Assembly (NCBI GenBank): GCA_029978705.1 | Contig: JAPOIY010000001.1 | Coordinates: 96,382 to 160,381, forward strand | Direction of reading: 5' to 3' | DNA from: Actinomycetota bacterium | GTDB lineage: Bacteria > Actinomycetota > Actinomycetes > S36-B12 > GCA-2699445 | DNA: 64,000 bases | Shown: positions 48,079 to 56,650 of the stretch, one piece after another | Layout: each line of letters begins with the position of its first letter | Numbering within the stretch: the first letter of the stretch is position 1 | Notes under the pieces: generated by a model | Seen by the model: the letters and a program-made list of their open reading frames with translations, nothing else | What the model was told of the DNA's origin: nothing | Databases searched by the model: none | Translations under genes and position numbers: made by a program

Positions 48079-48741
48079 ATGCGCAGGTTCCCCGTCATCG
48101 CCGTGGCCGTTCTGCTGGTAGCCGGGGGAGTGGCGGGCTGTTCCACCTCCGTGGAGGTGGGCACGCCGGACACGGCGGCGACCGTGGGCGCTCCCGGGGA
48201 GAACGACGTCACCCTCACCCAGACGCTCACGAATGACGAGTACGGCTTCTCGTTCGGCTACGCGCCCCCGTTCGAGCCGCAGGCCGGCACGGAGTTCTCC
48301 GGCGGGGGAGGTGCGGACTCCACGACCACTGAGGCCGTCTTCGACACGGCCGGCTCCCAGGTGGGCGGCCAGTACCGCGACGCCTTCGTCGTGAACGTCT
48401 ACCCGCTCAACGCCGAGGTCACCAAGGAGAACCTGCCCGACGCCCGCGCGGAACTGGAGAACACGGTGATCCCGCAGTTGAAGGCGAGCACGCCGGGCCT
48501 GTCGGTGTCGTCCCTGACCGAGACCACCGTCGCGGGGAGTCCGGCGTTCAGCGCGGACGTGACCTTCGAGGTGGAGGGGCAGCCGATCCAGTCGACCATG
48601 TACTTCGTGTTCAGCGGGAAGACGGAGTATCAGATCCTGACGCAGGCCACCAAGAAGAACTGGGACGATCTGCAGCCCACGTTCGCCGCGATGGTGGCGT
48701 CGTTCACGATCACGGGGGCGTCGGCCACCCCCACTGCGTGA
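48079..48741 (+). CDS. Lipoprotein (PsbP-like fold suspected)
   Basis: Lipobox VAGC, NDEYGFSFGY, C-terminal MVASFT; CACGAT-N6-ATG. Confidence 0.7.
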   Translation: MRRFPVIAVAVLLVAGGVAGCSTSVEVGTPDTAATVGAPGENDVTLTQTLTNDEYGFSFGYAPPFEPQAGTEFSGGGGADSTTTEAVFDTAGSQVGGQYRDAFVVNVYPLNAEVTKENLPDARAELENTVIPQLKASTPGLSVSSLTETTVAGSPAFSADVTFEVEGQPIQSTMYFVFSGKTEYQILTQATKKNWDDLQPTFAAMVASFTITGASATPTA

Positions 48742-48745
48742 GGGG

Positions 48746-49255
48746 TCAGTACCAGCCGTTCGCGTTCCAGAACGCCACGGTCGCCGACGGGCTGCCGTAG
48801 GTCTGCTGGATGTAGCGCAGACCCCAGCGGATCTGCGGTTCAGGACTGGTGCGCCAGTCCGGGCCGGCGCTGGCCATCTTGTGACCGGGAAGCGCCTGCG
48901 GGATGCCGTACGCACCCGAACTGGTGTTGGTGGCGGTGTAGTCCCAGTTCGACTCGCGCGTCCACAGGTCGACCAGCGCGTCGAACTGCTCGTCGCCCCA
49001 CCCGTACTGCTCCTTCATGAAGTCCCGCGCGTAGGCACGCGCGTAGGCGGGGGTGTAGCGGTCGGCCAACGCCTCCTCACGGGCGTCGGCCAGCTGGCCG
49101 CGCACCTCGGCCCGGGCGTGGCCGGTCGTACTGATGGCCTGGAACAGGGCGGCGGACCCGAGGCGAGCGGCATCGGTCCCGGCGGGTGCGGCTGCCGGGA
49201 CGAAGGCCGCGGACGTGAGCGCAGCGGCCACGGCGATGACGAACGAGATGGGCAT
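48746..49255 (-). CDS. Secreted lytic transglycosylase-like protein
   Basis: LWTRESNW...SSGAYGIPQALPGHKMASAGPDW...QIRWGLRYI...YGSP...GWY; AGGAG RBS. Confidence 0.9.
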   Translation of the reverse strand: MPISFVIAVAAALTSAAFVPAAAPAGTDAARLGSAALFQAISTTGHARAEVRGQLADAREEALADRYTPAYARAYARDFMKEQYGWGDEQFDALVDLWTRESNWDYTATNTSSGAYGIPQALPGHKMASAGPDWRTSPEPQIRWGLRYIQQTYGSPSATVAFWNANGWY

Positions 49256-49359
49256 GGGGGGCTCCTGTCAGGTACTGCCCGTCCTCATGCCCGCGGCAAG
49301 GAAGAGGAAACGAGCCACGGCGTGACATCGCTCACCCTGCCCGACGATGGCGCGAACCG

Positions 49360-49989
49360 TCAGGGGTGCGCGAGATCGCGGCCGGTCTCGAAGAAGGTGA
49401 GCAGGCGGGAGGCCGCATCCGGCGTCGTCGGGTCGAAGGTCAGGTAGGCCCCGAACGGGGCGTTCCAGAACGGGTCGACATGAGGGGTGTCGGGTCCGAC
49501 GTAGGCGTACGGCGACGGTGAGAAAGTGTCACCCGGCGATATGCCGTAGTTCGTGTCGTCGGTGCGGATGGCCAGGTCGAAGTGTTCGGGCCACAGCACG
49601 GAGGTCTGCTGGCTGAACAGGTCCAGCACCTCGGAGCCGACATCGAACACGCGGAGGACGGTGTCCCGGGCGTCGGGTGAGGCCGTGAGCTCAGTGTCCG
49701 GTCCTCCGGCCACCGCATCGTGGTAGGTGACGGCGGGACGTTCGCACGGGAGGTCGGCCCGGCGCGCCAGATCGGCCACGGTGCCGGAGAGAGGGAACGT
49801 GTCACCGTGCACCGTGAGCCCGGCCGCGGTGATCCGGACGGCGGGGTCCGCGGTTGTGGCGATGCCACCGCTACCGGCCTCCAGACGAATGGTGCCGCTC
49901 GTGGCGTGCTGCGGCCCGGCCAGCAACCACTCGGCGACCGTGTGGAGTTGCCGCCGCGCTGCTGTGTATTCCTCGGAGGTGACGTCCAT
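49360..49989 (-). CDS. Conserved hypothetical protein
   Basis: RRQLHTVAE, LWPEHFDLAI, GISPGD, PYAYVGP, FWNAPFG look like family motifs; GAGGAT-N6-ATG. Confidence 0.7.
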   Translation of the reverse strand: MDVTSEEYTAARRQLHTVAEWLLAGPQHATSGTIRLEAGSGGIATTADPAVRITAAGLTVHGDTFPLSGTVADLARRADLPCERPAVTYHDAVAGGPDTELTASPDARDTVLRVFDVGSEVLDLFSQQTSVLWPEHFDLAIRTDDTNYGISPGDTFSPSPYAYVGPDTPHVDPFWNAPFGAYLTFDPTTPDAASRLLTFFETGRDLAHP

Positions 49990-50030
49990 GACCACATCCT
50001 CACAGAGGGCGCCTGGCCATGCGCCCCAGC

Positions 50031-51356
50031 TCACCGGGTGACGAGACGTTGCCGCCAGGTGGGTCGGGCCGACCGGCGCCCCCGTTCCCGCTTGAGGGTC
50101 CGGTTGTAGCGCCAGAGGTCGACCTGCAGCGGATGGCCGGGCGGCACACTGCGCTGGTCCGCTTCGATCCACTTGCGCATGGCGGTGCGACCGGGCAGCG
50201 ATGCCTCCCCGGTCACCACGTCGCCCAGCCACTCGGCCTGTTCCTCGAACAGGGGCAGCGTGGCGCCGATGGTGTCGATGAAGCCCACGAACCACAGACC
50301 GGGACGCTGCGGTGCCACGACCTTGCGGTACAGCGGCATCCGGTTGCCGTCGGGCTGCAGGACCTGGGCGTCGAGGAACGGCAGGTCCACGTCGTAGCCC
50401 GTCGCGAAGACGATGAGATCCACCTTGCTGCGGGTGCCGTCCGCGAAGTTAACGCGGTCCCCGGACAGTTTCGTGGGAGCGGGCTTGAGTTCGACGTCCC
50501 CCGACTCGACCAGGGGCGGGAGATCGGGAGCCACGGGTGGGGCCACGGGCGGGGCGGAGTGTTCCTGGCCGTCCACCTCGGGAGCGGACACCCGCACGAA
50601 GCGGTCGAAGAGGGAGCGCTCCATGCCGGGGGGCAGGAGATTGGCCACCCCCGGGCGGAGCTGGTCATAGGGCCGCCCGAGCAGGTAGCGGGGCAGCACC
50701 TGGAGTTCGCGGCGGGAGGCCAGGATCGTGTGCTCCGCCCGCCGGGCACAGTCCACCGCGATGTCTGTCCCCGAGTTCCCGGCTCCCACGATCAGGACAC
50801 GCCGGGTGAGGAACACGTCGGGGTCGCGGTAGTCCCGCGAGTGCATGGTCTCGCCGCGGAAACTGCCGGGGAGGTCGGGGACATGGGGCTGGCGGTGGTG
50901 ACCCGTGGCGACGATGACGTTCTCGTAGCAGCGGGTCCGGCCGTCGGCGGTGGTGACGGCCCAGCCGTTGTAGCCGGGCAGGCCGGGCCCGGGCACCGGT
51001 TCCACCCTCGTAACCGCCGCGCCGAACTCGATCAGGGGGCGCAGGGCGAACTCGTCGGCGAACGCCTCGAGGTACTCGGCCATGTGGCGGTAGGTGGGGA
51101 AGTCCGGCCAACTGCGCGGCATCGGGAACGCCGAGAACTGCGTCATGCGGCGCGACGAGTTGCACTGCAGCGTGGGGTAGGCCGCCGAATCGGGGGCATC
51201 GATCTGCCACATCCCACCGACATCGAAGGCGGACTCCAGGACGTGGCACGAGACGCCCCGCTCCTGCAGCGCCTTCGCCGTCGCCAGACCGGCGGCACCG
51301 GCCCCGATCACCGCACACGTCGCGTCGAAACGCTCCGCGTCGGGGTCGGGGGTCAT
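50031..51356 (-). CDS. Flavin-containing monooxygenase (FMO family)
   Basis: GAGAAG, GGMW, FRGETMHSRDY (FxGxxxHxxxY), GAGNSG, FATGY; TACCGT-N6-ATG. Confidence 0.93.
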   Translation of the reverse strand: MTPDPDAERFDATCAVIGAGAAGLATAKALQERGVSCHVLESAFDVGGMWQIDAPDSAAYPTLQCNSSRRMTQFSAFPMPRSWPDFPTYRHMAEYLEAFADEFALRPLIEFGAAVTRVEPVPGPGLPGYNGWAVTTADGRTRCYENVIVATGHHRQPHVPDLPGSFRGETMHSRDYRDPDVFLTRRVLIVGAGNSGTDIAVDCARRAEHTILASRRELQVLPRYLLGRPYDQLRPGVANLLPPGMERSLFDRFVRVSAPEVDGQEHSAPPVAPPVAPDLPPLVESGDVELKPAPTKLSGDRVNFADGTRSKVDLIVFATGYDVDLPFLDAQVLQPDGNRMPLYRKVVAPQRPGLWFVGFIDTIGATLPLFEEQAEWLGDVVTGEASLPGRTAMRKWIEADQRSVPPGHPLQVDLWRYNRTLKRERGRRSARPTWRQRLVTR

Positions 51357-51372
51357 GCCCCGACGGTAGCGC

Positions 51373-52356
51373 TCACCCGGCGGGGGAGGACTGCGCGGGG
51401 GTGCGCTGCTGGGGGTCGCCCGGGTCCGGGACCGTCACCGCAGCCCCGCTGGTCTCCGCCAGGGCTGCCGTGAGCGCCGCCGAGAGGTACGTGACCACAG
51501 TGAGGAGATACAGCACCAGCAGGACCGTGATCGGCGCGGCGAACGCACCGTACTGCGGTTTGGAGATCGACCATGCCACCACCAGTGACATGACGGCTTT
51601 CAGGATCTCGATCGCCACGGCGGCCACGGCTGCCCCGATGAGACGCGCCCGGCGGGGAGGCCGGATCCCTCCGAGATGCCCCGACATCAGGTAGACGACG
51701 ATGAATCCCACGATGAGTGACGCCAACCGGGTCCCCACCTGCAGGAGGATCTGGCCGGCAGTACTGGTGGAGCCGAAGAAGTCCAGGATCGGGCCGGCGA
51801 GAGTGGTGACCAACAGGGACGCGGCGAACGAGATCAGGATCAGCGGCGCCAGGAGGAGCATCCACCCCAGCAGGCGCAGCCGGGCGAGCACGACGTTGCG
51901 TCCGTCCTTGGGGGCGCCGTAGATGAGGTGGAAGCTGTCGCTGGCCGCCACCATGGCTCCGCTGCCCGAGAACAGCAGGACCAGCAGGCCGATCAGCGAC
52001 ACACTCGCCCCCACCCGCTCCAGGTTGGCGGCGTCGAGCCCCGCGCCCGGCTGCGTGAGTCCGGGGAACGCGGAGGACAGCGCGTCCTCGATGAAAGCGC
52101 TGACGCGCGCGGCGCCGAAGCGGGCGGCGAGGCCGAACGCCAAGGTGAGCAGGGCGAACATGGCCAGGAAGATGTAGTAGGTCGTGCCGGCGGCGAGCAC
52201 GGTGGTGCGGGCGTGGGCGAACCGCACGAAGGCCCGAAAGCCGACGCCCGCGATCTCGCTGCGTCCCTCGATACGTTCGAGAGTGGCGACCTGCGACTTG
52301 GGTGGCCGGTCGATGTACTCGCCCGGGATCGGCGGCGGCGCCGCGGCCATGCTCAT
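51373..52356 (-). CDS. YihY/virulence factor BrkB family membrane protein
   Basis: LAAGTTYYIFLAMF, YGAFA...LLVLY, about 6 TMs. Confidence 0.88.
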   Translation of the reverse strand: MSMAAAPPPIPGEYIDRPPKSQVATLERIEGRSEIAGVGFRAFVRFAHARTTVLAAGTTYYIFLAMFALLTLAFGLAARFGAARVSAFIEDALSSAFPGLTQPGAGLDAANLERVGASVSLIGLLVLLFSGSGAMVAASDSFHLIYGAPKDGRNVVLARLRLLGWMLLLAPLILISFAASLLVTTLAGPILDFFGSTSTAGQILLQVGTRLASLIVGFIVVYLMSGHLGGIRPPRRARLIGAAVAAVAIEILKAVMSLVVAWSISKPQYGAFAAPITVLLVLYLLTVVTYLSAALTAALAETSGAAVTVPDPGDPQQRTPAQSSPAG

Positions 52357-53195
52357 GGGTCCTCACTGTGTCGTGGGCGGGGGGCGGATGCCAAACGGTC
52401 GCCCCACAGCAGGCGCACGTGGGGGGCCAGGTCCGGCACCGGCGGCTCATCAGGTCCGGGAGGCCGGCCGTGTGCCATGGCCGTCAGCCAGTGCCGGGTG
52501 AGAGAGCGCACCGCTGCCGCGTTGTCCGGCCGGATCGGGCCACACACCAGCTGGGCCAAGCGGTCGCTCGAGCGACCCTCAGCGTCGGCATGCGAGCCTT
52601 GCCGCACCTCCACTCCCAGGAATCCCGGCAGAATCGTACGGGCGCACGCGACCCCGGAGCCGTGGGCGTTGCAGATCGACGGTGGCGCCGCCACGAGGCG
52701 TACCGGCACGTTGGCGCTGGCCAGCGTCCGAAGCGCCACCGGCAGATTGTGCCCGCGCAGCGAACGCACCGGGTCCAGCAGGACGGCGCCGGCCACCGGG
52801 GCCCGCCGTGCCAGTCGGGCCGCCACGAAGGCTGCGGCTTCGGCTCCTGCGCTGTGGCCCACCACCAGGAAGGGGTCGCCCGCCGAGGTCGGGACGGGCG
52901 GAGCGGCGGTACGCAACGCCACGGCCAGCTCAGCGAGGAACGCCCGGTTGTCCGCCAGCCGCTGGACGGTGCGCGCGTACCGGTCGAACGAGCGCAGCCC
53001 CGTGGTGAGTACGACGAAGCCAGCGGCGCCCAGGGACGCGGCCAGGTCGGCCATGCGATGCCGGGTGCGAGCGAAACCGTGCTGCAGCCAGACCCTGCCG
53101 GGAACCGGGGCCTCCGGGAGCCACCAGGTCACGGGCACCGACAGGCCCGGCTGCCCCACGGTCAGGGAGGTGTCGACGCGGTGTACGCCACTCAC
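52353..53195 (-). CDS. Alpha/beta hydrolase
   Basis: WLQHGF, GHSAG, LLDP, SHADAE; GTGA overlap with upstream gene. Confidence 0.75.
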   Translation of the reverse strand: MSGVHRVDTSLTVGQPGLSVPVTWWLPEAPVPGRVWLQHGFARTRHRMADLAASLGAAGFVVLTTGLRSFDRYARTVQRLADNRAFLAELAVALRTAAPPVPTSAGDPFLVVGHSAGAEAAAFVAARLARRAPVAGAVLLDPVRSLRGHNLPVALRTLASANVPVRLVAAPPSICNAHGSGVACARTILPGFLGVEVRQGSHADAEGRSSDRLAQLVCGPIRPDNAAAVRSLTRHWLTAMAHGRPPGPDEPPVPDLAPHVRLLWGDRLASAPRPRHSEDP

Positions 53196-53596
53196 GGGTT
53201 GCAGGCGGCCAGCATCGTGCGCAGGCCTCCCACGGCGGGTCGCCATGTCTCCAGGTCCCAGGTCGGTTTCGCGCGGGCCACCAGCGAGAGCGGGTGGCAC
53301 AGGAACTGCTGGCGGAGGTTGGCCCGGTCGGGCACCCCGCGGGCCACCGCCTGCTGCCACGCCGTGTCCAGTTCGGAGCGGTCAGCCAGCCGACCGGCCC
53401 GGGTCGGGCGGACGTGGTAGACGGTGCCCTCCGGCACTGCGGCGGGGCTGACGGTGAGGATGTAGGGGGTGCGGTCGGCGCGGTGCGGCGCCGTCCGGCC
53501 GGAAGCCGCCTCGGTCGGCGGGGTACTCACCAGGAGGGTGCGGCCCACCGTCGCGACGATCCCGGCGAACAGCAGCAGGATCAGGACCTTCCTCAC
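53192..53596 (-). CDS. DUF2599-like secreted protein
   Basis: N-terminal TM, QQFLCH, WDLETWRP, ACNP. Confidence 0.75.
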   Translation of the reverse strand: MRKVLILLLFAGIVATVGRTLLVSTPPTEAASGRTAPHRADRTPYILTVSPAAVPEGTVYHVRPTRAGRLADRSELDTAWQQAVARGVPDRANLRQQFLCHPLSLVARAKPTWDLETWRPAVGGLRTMLAACNP

Positions 53597-53601
53597 GTGG
53601 T

Positions 53602-54561
53602 CTACCGTACCCGCGTCCCCTGCTCACCACGGACCACCAGTGCCACCCCGGCGAGGACCACGGCCGCGCACACCACGATCGCGAGCGTGAGCGACTCGTC
53701 CTTGATCCACCACCCCAGGATCACCGCCACCACGGGGTTCACATACGCATAGGTGGCCACCAGCGACAGCCGGGCGTTGGCCAGCAGCCAGGTGTAGCAC
53801 CCGAATGCCACCACGCCGGCGACGACGAGGTAGGACCAGGCGACGATCGCCCGGGTTCCCCACATGTCGGGAGGGGGTACGTGCTCACCGGTGGCCAGGC
53901 CCATCAGGGTCAGTCCGACCGCTCCCGCCAGGAACTGCCAGAACGTCATCACCAGAGGGTCGCGCGGCAACCGCTGCGCCCGGGCGAAACGGGACGCGAG
54001 GAACGACCCGGTGGCCCAGGACAGGGCCGCGGCCAGAATGACCAATGTCCACAGCAACGATGTGTTCTGGTCCCCCACCTGATAGCCGTAGCCGAGCTGC
54101 CCGCTCCGTCGGCTCGACACGCTGATCAGAGCCGCTACCCCGACGAATCCCAGGAGGACGCCCAGGACCGTCGCGCCCGCGGGGACGTCCCCCGTCGCCC
54201 AGCGCAGGACCGCGACGGCCACGGGGGTTATCGCGATCACCAGGGCCGCGATTCCGGACGGAACGTAGCGCTCCGACAGGGCCACCAGGCCGTTGCCGAA
54301 GACCAGCAGCATGACCCCCACCAACGCTGCTGCCGCGAGTTGTCCGCGCGTGACCCGCAGGGCCCGGGGGCCGCGCAGCACGGCCACGAGAACGGCCATG
54401 ATGAGCGCGGACACGGCGAACCTGCTGCCCATCGCGAAGAAGGCCGGCAGCGTCTCCACCACCACGGCCATCCCGAGGTACGTGGACCCCCAGACGACGT
54501 ACACGACACCAAGGGCACCCCAGACCGCGGGATCCGGACGCTCCCCGGGCGGTGACTGCAT
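53602..54561 (-). CDS. EamA family transporter (YedA-like)
   Basis: VYVVWGSTY, GNG, PSGIAAL, TYAYVNPVVA. Confidence 0.92.
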   Translation of the reverse strand: MQSPPGERPDPAVWGALGVVYVVWGSTYLGMAVVVETLPAFFAMGSRFAVSALIMAVLVAVLRGPRALRVTRGQLAAAALVGVMLLVFGNGLVALSERYVPSGIAALVIAITPVAVAVLRWATGDVPAGATVLGVLLGFVGVAALISVSSRRSGQLGYGYQVGDQNTSLLWTLVILAAALSWATGSFLASRFARAQRLPRDPLVMTFWQFLAGAVGLTLMGLATGEHVPPPDMWGTRAIVAWSYLVVAGVVAFGCYTWLLANARLSLVATYAYVNPVVAVILGWWIKDESLTLAIVVCAAVVLAGVALVVRGEQGTRVR

Positions 54562-54582
54562 CGACGTTCCCTCGGCTCGCGG

Positions 54583-55854
54583 TCAGCGAACGGACCGGAT
54601 GGGGATGATCGCAGCCGCCCCCAGCAGGGTGATCACCGCGGTCGCGAGGTACAGGGTCCCGTACCCCCCGAGTTGGGTCACGAACAGGGCGCACAGCACA
54701 GGGGCCAGCACCTGGGGCATCGAGTTGGCGATATTGATGACCCCCAGGTCACGTCCACGAGCGTCGGCCGACGGCAGCACCTGGGTGATGAGCGCCTGGT
54801 CGACGCCCAGATACCAGCCGTAGCCGATGCCCAGCGTCCCGGCAGCCACCGCGGCCAACCCGAATCCCGACTCGTCGGCCGGAATCAGGGCGAGGATCAC
54901 GCCGGCCAGCGCCATGATCACCGAAGCGATGATGACGAACGGCTTACGCCGGCCGCTGCGGTCCGACACCCAACCCCCGAGTACCGCGGTCAGGATCATG
55001 CCCAGGGTGTAGATCAGCAGAAGTGTCGTCTGCTGCTGGCCCGCCTGCGTCGCGGGGAAACCCAGATGGTCCTCCAGGAAGTAGAGGAGGTACAGCGTGG
55101 CCATGGCGAACCCCAGGGACACCAGGAAGCGGGCCAGCCACGCCCAGGCGAAGTCGGGGTAGCGGCGTGGCGACACCCAGAACGCCTTGAGGAAGGGTCC
55201 CAACCGGAACGGTGGCCGGTCCGCCTTGGGCAGCACCGGGTCCTTGAGGATGACGACGAACGGCAGCGCGAAGAGAACGAACAGGACCGCCGTGATGTAC
55301 GAGCCGCCATCCAGGCTCAGCACCACGTAGGTGACGATCGCCACGCCGAGAACGGGGCCGAGGGCCTGGGCCAGCCCGATCAGCCCCGATGCCACACCGC
55401 GCTGGTCGACCGGTACCTCGTCCGGCACCGTCGCGGTCAGGCCCGCATAGGCTGCATTGACCGCGAACTGCACCACCAGCCACAGCACCGTCAGCGCGAT
55501 GACCGTGGTCATGTGGGGCAGGAGCAGAAGCCCCACCATGCCGAGCACGGATCCCCCCAGGATCCAGGGCCGGCGGCGGCCCCAGCGCGAGACCGTGCGG
55601 TCCGACAGGGCCCCCGCCAGTGGGTTGCCGATGACGGAGCCGAGCACCCCCACCCCCGTCACCACAGCCAGCGCCGCCTCCTTCCCCCCCGAGCCCGCGA
55701 TCTCCTCGCTGAGTCGCGGCAGGAGGTTCAGGATCGGCGTGAAGAACGCCAGCATGATCCCGAGGTTGGCGAGCGCGAGGCCGGCCAGGAATCCGCCGCG
55801 CACCCGCGCGGTGGGCTCGGCGAGCGCCCGGGGGGGCTGCGCTGTCTCGGCCAT
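54583..55854 (-). CDS. MFS transporter
   Basis: GALSDRTVSRWGRRRPW, GWVSDRSGRRK, about 12 TMs; TACCCT-N6-ATG. Confidence 0.93.
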   Translation of the reverse strand: MAETAQPPRALAEPTARVRGGFLAGLALANLGIMLAFFTPILNLLPRLSEEIAGSGGKEAALAVVTGVGVLGSVIGNPLAGALSDRTVSRWGRRRPWILGGSVLGMVGLLLLPHMTTVIALTVLWLVVQFAVNAAYAGLTATVPDEVPVDQRGVASGLIGLAQALGPVLGVAIVTYVVLSLDGGSYITAVLFVLFALPFVVILKDPVLPKADRPPFRLGPFLKAFWVSPRRYPDFAWAWLARFLVSLGFAMATLYLLYFLEDHLGFPATQAGQQQTTLLLIYTLGMILTAVLGGWVSDRSGRRKPFVIIASVIMALAGVILALIPADESGFGLAAVAAGTLGIGYGWYLGVDQALITQVLPSADARGRDLGVINIANSMPQVLAPVLCALFVTQLGGYGTLYLATAVITLLGAAAIIPIRSVR

Positions 55855-55936
55855 GGCCGGAGGGTAGCGCCTCCCCGCGAAGGGCGGCCAGGGCGACGGG
55901 ATAGCCAGAAGCGGCGCCCGATGGTTCGATAAGCCC

Positions 55937-56596
55937 ATGCCGGATCTCTACGACTTCGACCTCGCCGACGACCGGGCCGACGTCCGCGGTGCCGTGGTGC
56001 TGCTGGTGACCCTCCCGGGGCCCGGACCCACGTCGCAGGACGAGGGCGTCGACCTCCTGGCGGCGACCTTCCCCGCTCTCCGCGTGGTGGGCATCGCGAT
56101 GGACGAGGCGGCCGCCGGGGGGCACGAGGTCTCCTTCCCGGTCGTGGGTCCCGTTGCCGTCAGCGGACCGGACCTCCACCCTCTGTTCGCCTGGCTGAAC
56201 GAGGCGCTGCCCGGGCCCTTCGGCACCCCGGCCGTGGTGGGATACACCAAGTACCTCGTGGGCCGCGACGCGCGCCCGCTGGCCCGGTTCGAGCCCACAG
56301 CCGACGCGCGCGACCTCATCACTGCCGTCCAGCAGGCCCTGGCCACGGCCGCGCCGGACCCGCGCCTCCCGGTCCCCACCCCGCCCCGCACCCGCGTCGA
56401 CGAGATCATCGATGCGGAGATCGTGGAAGAGAGCAGCACTGCCATCGTGCGGATCCGGCAGCAGGTCACGATGACGCGGCTCTCGGACGAGCTGGCCGAT
56501 TCCCCGGAGCGCCCGGTCGGTGCCGACCTCCTGGACCTCGCCGCCGACCTGGCCGTGATCGAGGGGGAGGCCGCCGCCGGCGACGACAGGGCGTGA
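55937..56596 (+). CDS. Glutathione peroxidase-fold protein lacking catalytic Cys, with C-terminal extension
   Basis: LYDF, GAVVLLV, TSQDEG, VSFPV, V.G...HPLFAWL, TKYLVGRD...RFEP align with the Gpx scaffold; no Cys in the protein. Confidence 0.7.
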   Translation: MPDLYDFDLADDRADVRGAVVLLVTLPGPGPTSQDEGVDLLAATFPALRVVGIAMDEAAAGGHEVSFPVVGPVAVSGPDLHPLFAWLNEALPGPFGTPAVVGYTKYLVGRDARPLARFEPTADARDLITAVQQALATAAPDPRLPVPTPPRTRVDEIIDAEIVEESSTAIVRIRQQVTMTRLSDELADSPERPVGADLLDLAADLAVIEGEAAAGDDRA

Positions 56597-56650
56597 GCCC
56601 CGCACGGGCGTTCCGCTGCATCGGGGCGGCGGCATGCCTAGGGTCGGAGC

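Noticed and set aside
55937-56596. Selenocysteine glutathione peroxidase
   Set aside because: No in-frame TGA at the catalytic position; the ORF is open throughout
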